In this document: piece after piece, positions 11,821-17,604 of the stretch
Layout: each line of letters begins with the position of its first letter
Numbering within the stretch: the stretch's first letter is position 1
Assembly (NCBI GenBank): GCA_049967655.1
Contig: JBMFSH010000045.1
Location: 1 to 17,604, forward strand
Origin: Acidobacteriota bacterium
Lineage (GTDB): Bacteria > Acidobacteriota > UBA4820 > DSQY01
Reading direction: 5' to 3'
DNA length: 17,604 nucleotides
Notes under the pieces: generated by a model
Seen by the model: the letters and a program-made list of their open reading frames with translations, nothing else
What the model was told of the DNA's origin: nothing
Database searches by the model: none
Position numbers and translations under genes: made by a program

Positions 11821-12612
11821 TCAAGCGCCGGTTGCGCCGAAGATCTCAGCGAAGAAGCCCTTCATGGCCTGCCAGCTCCGCCGATCAGCCTCGGCGTTGT
11901 AAGCCACGCCCGTCTTGGGGTCGTTGCCGTGGGCCGGATTGGAGAATCCGTGGACAGCCCCTCCGTAGGAGACCACCTCGTAGTCCGCGCCGGCCTTCCG
12001 CATCTCGTCCTCCAAGGCGGCCACCGCGGGAGGCGGCGCGCCCGGGTCATCGGCGCCGGTCAGCACGAGCACCTTGGCCTTGATGGGTTCGTCCTTCTCC
12101 CCGGGTTCAAGCCCCAGCCCCCCGTGGAAGCTCACCACTCCCTTAAGGTCCGCTCCGCTGCGCGCCAGCTCCAGCACTGTGGTGCCGCCGAAGCAGAATC
12201 CGATGGCCGCCACCCGGGCCGGGTCCACCCTGGGATCCCTCTTCAGCGCCTCCAGGCCGGCGATGACTCTTCGCCGCAAGAGGGCGCGGTCCTTTTTGTA
12301 CCGCCCCGCCAGGGCGGCCGCCTCCTGGGTGGTTTTGGCGCGCACGCCCTTGCCGTACACGTCCGCCGCCAGAGCGACGTAGCCGAGGCGCGCCAGCATG
12401 TCGGCCCTCCTCATCTCGTAATCCGAGAGGCCCTTCCACTCGTGGACCACGAGCACGCCCGGCCGCCTTCCGGTGAAAGCGTCGTCGTAGGCCAGGTAGC
12501 CTTCGAGAACGGTGCCGCCTTCCTTGTAGTCGAGCTTTTGCGTGTGGAGTGTCGCCTGGGTGCCCAGAGCCGCTCCCAGGACCAGCATCACGAAGAACAC
12601 AGCCATGCGCAT
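11821..12612 (-). CDS. Dienelactone hydrolase family alpha/beta hydrolase with signal peptide
   Basis: 263 aa. Motifs PGVLVVHEWKGL, nucleophile GFCFGG, VSFHGGL, GADDP and VHGFSNP (Cys-Asp-His triad). N-terminal signal peptide. SD GGAGG. Confidence 0.9.
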   Translation of the reverse strand: MRMAVFFVMLVLGAALGTQATLHTQKLDYKEGGTVLEGYLAYDDAFTGRRPGVLVVHEWKGLSDYEMRRADMLARLGYVALAADVYGKGVRAKTTQEAAALAGRYKKDRALLRRRVIAGLEALKRDPRVDPARVAAIGFCFGGTTVLELARSGADLKGVVSFHGGLGLEPGEKDEPIKAKVLVLTGADDPGAPPPAVAALEDEMRKAGADYEVVSYGGAVHGFSNPAHGNDPKTGVAYNAEADRRSWQAMKGFFAEIFGATGA

Positions 12613-12670
12613 GATCGCCTCCGTCCTAAGAACAACGCGGGCGGGGCGAAGATTGCCGGCGGCGGTGCCC

Positions 12671-13096
12671 CTACTGGCCCTTGCCCGCGCCCTCCGCCGC
12701 GCGCAAACGATCCAACTGTTCCTCCGTCAGCGGAGGGGCAAAGGCTCCGGGGTTCTTCTCCTTCCGGTGGATCTCGTCGTAGATGAGGAAGTCATAGACC
12801 TGGACCGCCTCGTCGTTGGAAAGCGTGGTCTTGCCGGAGCTTTGCAAGCCTCCGAGGTAATGGGCCCAGAACTGCGGAGATGCCGTGGTGTTCAAGACCC
12901 GGGCGAGGGTGTGGCATTGCCCGCACTTCGCGACCACCAGGCGGTAGCCCGCCTGGATGCGGGGCGGGTAGGCGGACACGTCCAGGGTGGCGGGACCCCT
13001 GTCCTGGGGCAGGGCGAGGCCTGCCGCCCAGGCGGTGACGGCAAGAGCCAACACGGCAAGGATGATCAGGGTGGGACGACCGAGGGCTGCGCGCAT
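12671..13096 (-). CDS. Exported monoheme c-type cytochrome
   Basis: 141 aa. Sec-type signal peptide (…LALAVTAWA|A) and a single CXXCH (KCGQCH). SD AGGAGG at 13106-13111. Confidence 0.8.
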   Translation of the reverse strand: MRAALGRPTLIILAVLALAVTAWAAGLALPQDRGPATLDVSAYPPRIQAGYRLVVAKCGQCHTLARVLNTTASPQFWAHYLGGLQSSGKTTLSNDEAVQVYDFLIYDEIHRKEKNPGAFAPPLTEEQLDRLRAAEGAGKGQ

Positions 13097-13172
13097 GACC
13101 CGAAACCTCCTGAAGGATCCCCGAAGGGCCGCGATGGCCGCGTGGGCGGGTCAGTATGCACCACAACGAGCA

Positions 13173-13206
13173 GGATGGCCAGGGGGGCCGGCTTTCGCCG
13201 CCATCC
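13173..13206 (-). terminator. Hairpin downstream of fadD
   Basis: On the - strand, GGATGGC/GCCATCC encloses an inner GGC-GAAA-GCC GNRA hairpin. It has a large bulge and no U-tract. Confidence 0.3.
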
Positions 13207-13249
13207 GCGCCTCGTCCATTGCCTTCCCAGCATGCGGGCCCGAACCGGC

Positions 13250-14938
13250 CTAGCGCGCCCCCCCGTGCTCCTCTTTCAGCACGCGGCGCAGGAGCTTTCC
13301 CACGTTGTTCTTGGGAAGCTCCTTTCGGAACTCCACGTACTTGGGCACCTTGTAAGCCGTGAGCTTGGTCCTGCAGAACTCGATGATCTCCTCGGCCGTC
13401 GCCGTTTGGCCCTCCTTCAGGACCACGAAGGCCTTCACGCGCTCCCCCGACCGCTCGTCCGGGACGCCGATGACCCCGGCCTCCAGCACCTTCGGGTGCT
13501 CGTAGAGGACCTCCTCCACGTCCCGCGGATAGACGTTGAAGCCGCCCGTGATCACCATGTCCTTCTTGCGGTCCACGATGAAGATGTAGCCGTCCTCGTC
13601 CATCCGGCCGATGTCCCCCGTATAGAGCCATCCGTCCCGCAGGCTCGCCTTCGTCTCCTCTGGCCGGTTCCAGTAACCCTTCATGACCTGCGGCCCCTTG
13701 ATAATGAGCTCTCCCGCCTCGCCGAGCGGCATTTCCTTTTCACCTTCGATTTGGTCCACGATGCGGATCTCCGTATCCGGCCATGGGATTCCGATGGAGC
13801 CGGGCTTTCTTAACCCCAGCATGGGGTTGCCGGCCACCACCGGGGAGGTCTCCGAGAGGCCGTAGCCCTCCATGATCTTGGCGCCAGTGATGGCCTCGAA
13901 CTTCTGGAGGATCTCCACGGGGAGAGGCGCCGCGCCGGAGACGCAGGCCTTGATGCAGTCCACCTTGTACTCCTTGACGCGCGGGTTGTTGGCCATGGCC
14001 GTATAGAGGGCCGGCACACCCGGCAGGAGGTCCGGCTGTTCGTCGCGGATCATCTCCAGCAGGTCCGAGACGTCCGGCTTGGGCCGGCTGGGGAAGAGGA
14101 TCAAGCGGGAGGCGCTCAGGATGCCGAAGTTCATGCAGGTCGTCATGCCGAAGCTATGGAAGAGCGGGAGGACCGTCATGATGGAGGCCTGCGGGGTGTT
14201 TTTCATCTCTCCCGCGGTAGCCCAGCAGTAGCATTGCAGGGCGTTGCTGATGAGGTTCGCGTGGGTGAGGACGGCTCCCTTGGAGAGGCCCGTCGTGCCG
14301 CCCGTATACATCAGGACGGCCGGCTCTTGCGTCTCCACAGCCACCTCCGGAGGCGCCACGCCCTTTCGCCCCGCCAGCTCCCTGAAACGAACGTAACCCC
14401 CCTCGGCCGGCACCGCCGTCAGCTCCTTGCGCTTCACCAGCGGGTAGAGGAGGCTCTTGGGGAAGGGCAGGTAATCGCTGACCCGCCCCACGACGACCCT
14501 CTCCAGCCCCACCGAGTCATGGACCGCCTTGACCTTGGAGAGCGTCAGATCCAGGTCCAGCGTCACGAGCACCTTGGCCCCGGAATCCTTCACCTGATGG
14601 GAGAGCTCGCGTTCGGTGTAGAGCGGATTGGTGGGTACGCAGATGCCGCCGGCCTTCAGAACGCCGTAGTAGGCGATGACCATCTGCGGCACGTTGGGGA
14701 GGTAGAGGGCTACCCGTGCCCCCTTGTGGACGCCCAAGTCGGCCAACCCCCGCGCGAAGGCGTTGCAGGATGCGAGCAGCTCCCGGTAGGTGATCTGTTT
14801 CCCGAGGAAGGTGATGGCGGTGCGGTCGGGGAACTTGGCCGCCGCCTCGTCGAGAAGGCGGTGGAGCGGGATCTTGGGATAGTCCAGACTCGGGGGTACC
14901 TTGGGATCGTAGTGACGGTGCCAGAAACGCTCTTCCAT
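13250..14938 (-). CDS. fadD: Long-chain fatty acid--CoA ligase
   Basis: 562 aa. Motifs YTGGTTGLSKGAVLTHANL, LPLFHSFG, SGAAPLP, EGYGLSETSP, GPQVMKGYW, GWLYTGDIG, VDRKKDM and PKNNVGKLLRR. SD GGAGG. Confidence 0.92.
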   Translation of the reverse strand: MEERFWHRHYDPKVPPSLDYPKIPLHRLLDEAAAKFPDRTAITFLGKQITYRELLASCNAFARGLADLGVHKGARVALYLPNVPQMVIAYYGVLKAGGICVPTNPLYTERELSHQVKDSGAKVLVTLDLDLTLSKVKAVHDSVGLERVVVGRVSDYLPFPKSLLYPLVKRKELTAVPAEGGYVRFRELAGRKGVAPPEVAVETQEPAVLMYTGGTTGLSKGAVLTHANLISNALQCYCWATAGEMKNTPQASIMTVLPLFHSFGMTTCMNFGILSASRLILFPSRPKPDVSDLLEMIRDEQPDLLPGVPALYTAMANNPRVKEYKVDCIKACVSGAAPLPVEILQKFEAITGAKIMEGYGLSETSPVVAGNPMLGLRKPGSIGIPWPDTEIRIVDQIEGEKEMPLGEAGELIIKGPQVMKGYWNRPEETKASLRDGWLYTGDIGRMDEDGYIFIVDRKKDMVITGGFNVYPRDVEEVLYEHPKVLEAGVIGVPDERSGERVKAFVVLKEGQTATAEEIIEFCRTKLTAYKVPKYVEFRKELPKNNVGKLLRRVLKEEHGGAR

Positions 14939-15124
14939 GGTTCACCCTCCCTCTCTGTGCCCCTGCACGGCCCCCCGCACACTCTCGGGCGCGAGTGCCA
15001 AGGCGCCTTCAGCCTCACTCCGCGCGTGAACGGCTCCCCGTCTCCCCGGCACTCCGTCGAGCCCCGCACGCCCAAATCCCGCCGCCCTCTCCCGTGGGCC
15101 CACGCTGCAACCGTCGGTGGTTTC

Positions 15125-15152
15125 AGTATAGGAGATTTGCGGAATCGGTCAA
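15125..15152 (-). promoter_or_regulatory. Sigma70-type promoter driving fadD
   Basis: On the - strand, TTGACC (15152-15147), 16-nt spacer, TATACT (15130-15125), set in an AT-richer patch of the divergent intergenic region. Confidence 0.7.
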
Positions 15153-15401
15153 TGCCAAAGCTCGAGTCGCCCTACGGCCCTCCACCGGTGCCTCTCGGGT
15201 GCCTTCGCGGCCGTCCCGGCCTCATCCCGTTCACGGCGCCGACGCGGAGCGGCCCCTCTCCTCCTCCCTGAACACTCGGCGCAGCGGCTTGGGGACCTGG
15301 AATTGGGGATTGATACGGCACCGGCCCCCTTCCCATCATCGATCATCGCCCCTCCAGCTTCCGCCCGCCCAACCTTTCAGCCGCGCCCCCTCCCTCTGCG
15401 C

Positions 15402-15407
15402 TATACT
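15402..15407 (+). promoter_or_regulatory. Putative -10 element for hutU
   Basis: TATACT 25 nt upstream of the ATG, followed by AT-rich sequence and SD GAGGGGG. There is no recognisable -35. Confidence 0.45.
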
Positions 15408-15432
15408 ATTTCCTCTATATGAGGGGGTTCCC

Positions 15433-17442
15433 ATGGCCACCACCTTCGAACTGGATTTCGCACAGCTCCCGCCCAAGAAGCCCTTCCAGGAGGGCATTCG
15501 CCGGGCGCCGAGCCGCGGCCTCCGGCTGAACCGCCGGGACACGGAGACCGCGCTCAAGAACGCCCTGCGCTACATCCCCACCCGCTTCCACGAGGAGCTG
15601 GCGCCGGAGTTCATGAAAGAGCTCGCCACGCGCGGCCGCATTTACGGCTACCGCTTCCGCCCCGAAGGCCGGCTGTACGGCCGGCCCGTCCACGAGTATC
15701 CGGGGAAGATCCTGCAGGCCCAGGCCATGCAAGTCATGATCGACAACAACCTGGATTTCGACGTGGCCCTCTACCCCTACGAGCTCGTCACCTATGGCGA
15801 GACGGGGCAGGTCTTCCAGAACTGGATGCAGTACCTTCTCGTTAAGCGCTACCTCGCGGAGATGGACGAGAACCAGACGCTGGTGGTCTCCTCGGGCCAC
15901 CCCCTCGGCCTCTTCCCCTCGCGCCCCGAGGCCCCCCGCGCGATCATCACGAACGGCCTCATGGTGGGCATGTTCGACACCGCCGAGGAATTCCACCGCC
16001 TCGCCGCCATGGGCTGCGTGAACTACGGTCAGATGACGGCGGGCGGCTGGATGTACATCGGCCCCCAGGGCATCGTGCACGGCACCTACATCACCCTGCT
16101 GAACGCGGGCCGCCTCTACCTGGGCATCCCGCAGGACCAGGACCTGCGCGGCCACCTCTTCCTGACCTCCGGCCTGGGCGGCATGTCGGGAGCCCAGCCC
16201 AAGGCCGCCGACATCGCGGGGGCCGTCTCCGTCACCGCCGAGGTGGACGCCAGCCGCATCGCGACGCGCCACGAGCAGGGCTGGGTGGGCCGCGTCTCTC
16301 GGGACCTGGCCGAAATCGAGCGCTGGACGCGCGAGGCCCTCGCCAAGCGCGAGCCCCTCTCCATCGCCTACCACGGCAACGTGGTGGACATGCTGGAGTA
16401 CGCCGAGGCCCACGCCTGGCCCGCCGAGCTCCTCTCCGACCAGACCTCCTGCCACGCCGCCTACGAGGGGGGCTACTGCCCGGCCGGCCTCACCTACGAC
16501 CAGGCCAAGGCCCTCCTCAAGGAGGACTTCCCCGCCTTCAAGGCCAAGGTCCACGAGAGCCTGAAGAGGCACTACGCCGTCCTCAGGCGCCTCACCGACA
16601 GGGGGGCGCGCTTTTGGGACTACGGCAACTCCTTCCTGAAGGCCGTCCTCGACGCGGGCGTCCGTGAGATCGCCAAGAACGGCCAGGACACCAACGACGG
16701 CTTCATCTGGCCCTCCTACGTGGAGGACATCATGGGGCCCCTCTGCTTCGATTACGGCTACGGCCCCTTCCGCTGGGTCTGCCTGAGCGGCAAGCCGGAG
16801 GATTTGGACGCCACGGATGCGGCGGCGGCCTCCTGCATCGACCCGAACCGCCGCTCCCAGGACCGCGACAACTACCACTGGGTGAAGGACGCCAAGAAGA
16901 ACCGGCTCGTGGTGGGCACGCAGGCCCGCATCCTCTACGCCGACGCCGAAGGGCGCGTGAAGATCGCCCTGAAGTTCAACGAGATGGTCCGCAGGGGCGA
17001 GATCGGCCCCGTCATCATGGGCCGCGACCACCACGACGTGCAGGGAACCGACTCCCCCTTCCGCGAGACGGCCAACATCTACGACGGGAGCGCCTACACC
17101 TCGGACATGGCCCACCAGTGCTGGGCCGGCAACGTGGCCCGCGGCATGACCTACGCGGTCCTCTCCAACGGCGGCGGCGTGGGCACCGGCAAGTGCTTCA
17201 ACGGCGGCTTCGGTCTCCTCCTGGACGGCTCCGAACGCACCAACGCCGTCATCGCCTCCGCCCTCGACTGGGACGTCACCGGCGGCATCGCCCGCCGCGC
17301 CTGGGCGCGCAACCCCAACGCCATGGAGACGGCCCGGAGCTGGAACGCCAAGATGGTCGGCAAGGGCCACATCACCGAGCCGGCCGTGGCCGATGAGGAG
17401 CTGGTGGCCCGGACCGTGGAGGCTGCCTCGAAACGGGGCTGA
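15433..17442 (+). CDS. hutU: Urocanate hydratase (long, ~670-aa form)
   Basis: The start is moved from 14995 to ATG 15433 (SD GAGGGGG), giving 669 aa. Motifs ALKNALRY, GRIYGYRFRP, YPYELVTYG, GQMTAGGWMYIGPQGIVHGT, SGLGGMSGAQP, SDQTSCH, GPFRWVCLSG, GRDHHDV and NGGGVG. Confidence 0.93.
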   Translation: MATTFELDFAQLPPKKPFQEGIRRAPSRGLRLNRRDTETALKNALRYIPTRFHEELAPEFMKELATRGRIYGYRFRPEGRLYGRPVHEYPGKILQAQAMQVMIDNNLDFDVALYPYELVTYGETGQVFQNWMQYLLVKRYLAEMDENQTLVVSSGHPLGLFPSRPEAPRAIITNGLMVGMFDTAEEFHRLAAMGCVNYGQMTAGGWMYIGPQGIVHGTYITLLNAGRLYLGIPQDQDLRGHLFLTSGLGGMSGAQPKAADIAGAVSVTAEVDASRIATRHEQGWVGRVSRDLAEIERWTREALAKREPLSIAYHGNVVDMLEYAEAHAWPAELLSDQTSCHAAYEGGYCPAGLTYDQAKALLKEDFPAFKAKVHESLKRHYAVLRRLTDRGARFWDYGNSFLKAVLDAGVREIAKNGQDTNDGFIWPSYVEDIMGPLCFDYGYGPFRWVCLSGKPEDLDATDAAAASCIDPNRRSQDRDNYHWVKDAKKNRLVVGTQARILYADAEGRVKIALKFNEMVRRGEIGPVIMGRDHHDVQGTDSPFRETANIYDGSAYTSDMAHQCWAGNVARGMTYAVLSNGGGVGTGKCFNGGFGLLLDGSERTNAVIASALDWDVTGGIARRAWARNPNAMETARSWNAKMVGKGHITEPAVADEELVARTVEAASKRG

Positions 17443-17548
17443 GGTGGGCTTCCCCCGTTAGCGGCTCCTTCTCTACAACAGCACCGGTTCCTCCGCCACC
17501 GTCACCGTCACGGCCTACCGCGCCCACTATACATGACGTCCTAATTAG

Positions 17549-17592
17549 TTGCGCATCATAAGACAACCTCCTATACTGCCACTAAGGAGGTT
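17549..17592 (+). promoter_or_regulatory. Sigma70-type promoter and SD of the next gene, overlapped by an inverted repeat
   Basis: TTGCGC (17549-17554), 17-nt spacer, TATACT (17572-17577). SD AAGGAGGT at 17584-17591. Inverted repeat AACCTCCT/AGGAGGTT. Confidence 0.65.
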
Positions 17593-17598
17593 AGCCTG

Positions 17599-17604
17599 AT
17601 GCGA
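17599..17604 (+). CDS. Start of an unidentified gene, truncated at window edge (MR...)
   Basis: ATG 7 nt after a perfect SD (AAGGAGGT). Only two codons are visible. Confidence 0.55.

Noticed and set aside
14995..15432. 146-aa N-terminal extension of the urocanase ORF
   Set aside because: It is Pro/Arg/Ser-rich non-coding-like sequence that overlaps the fadD promoter. The SD and -10 support ATG 15433.
17553..17566. HutC/GntR-type operator (GCATCATAAGACAA)
   Set aside because: Only one half-site (AGACAA) fits, the dyad is poor, and it lies downstream rather than upstream of hutU.

Overview
GC-rich bacterial chromosomal window of mostly metabolic genes. On the + strand are the 3' end of a SatP/YaaH-type acetate transporter, two tandem AMP-forming acyl-CoA synthetases (one Acs-like, one with PrpE-like substrate-pocket residues), a structured ~480-bp intergenic region, a Zn-independent MDR quinone oxidoreductase and a geranylgeranyl-reductase-family flavoprotein. 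On the - strand are a long-chain acyl-CoA ligase, an exported monoheme cytochrome c lacking any distal Met, an exported dienelactone-hydrolase-family protein, a beta-propeller/Y_Y_Y/TM/GGDEF diguanylate cyclase and an NCS2 purine permease. A long-form urocanate hydratase is transcribed divergently, and another gene starts at the right edge. The most striking anomaly is a single in-frame TAG (9941-9943) at a conserved Trp position of the diguanylate cyclase, immediately followed by ATG. A nonsense mutation is the simplest reading, but readthrough or reinitiation is testable. Other notable non-coding signals are a ~107-nt rod-like hairpin (4565-4671), a G-tract-rich ~180-nt fadD leader and an anti-SD inverted repeat over the last promoter. 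No tRNA, rRNA, CRISPR array, transposase or pyl genes were seen.
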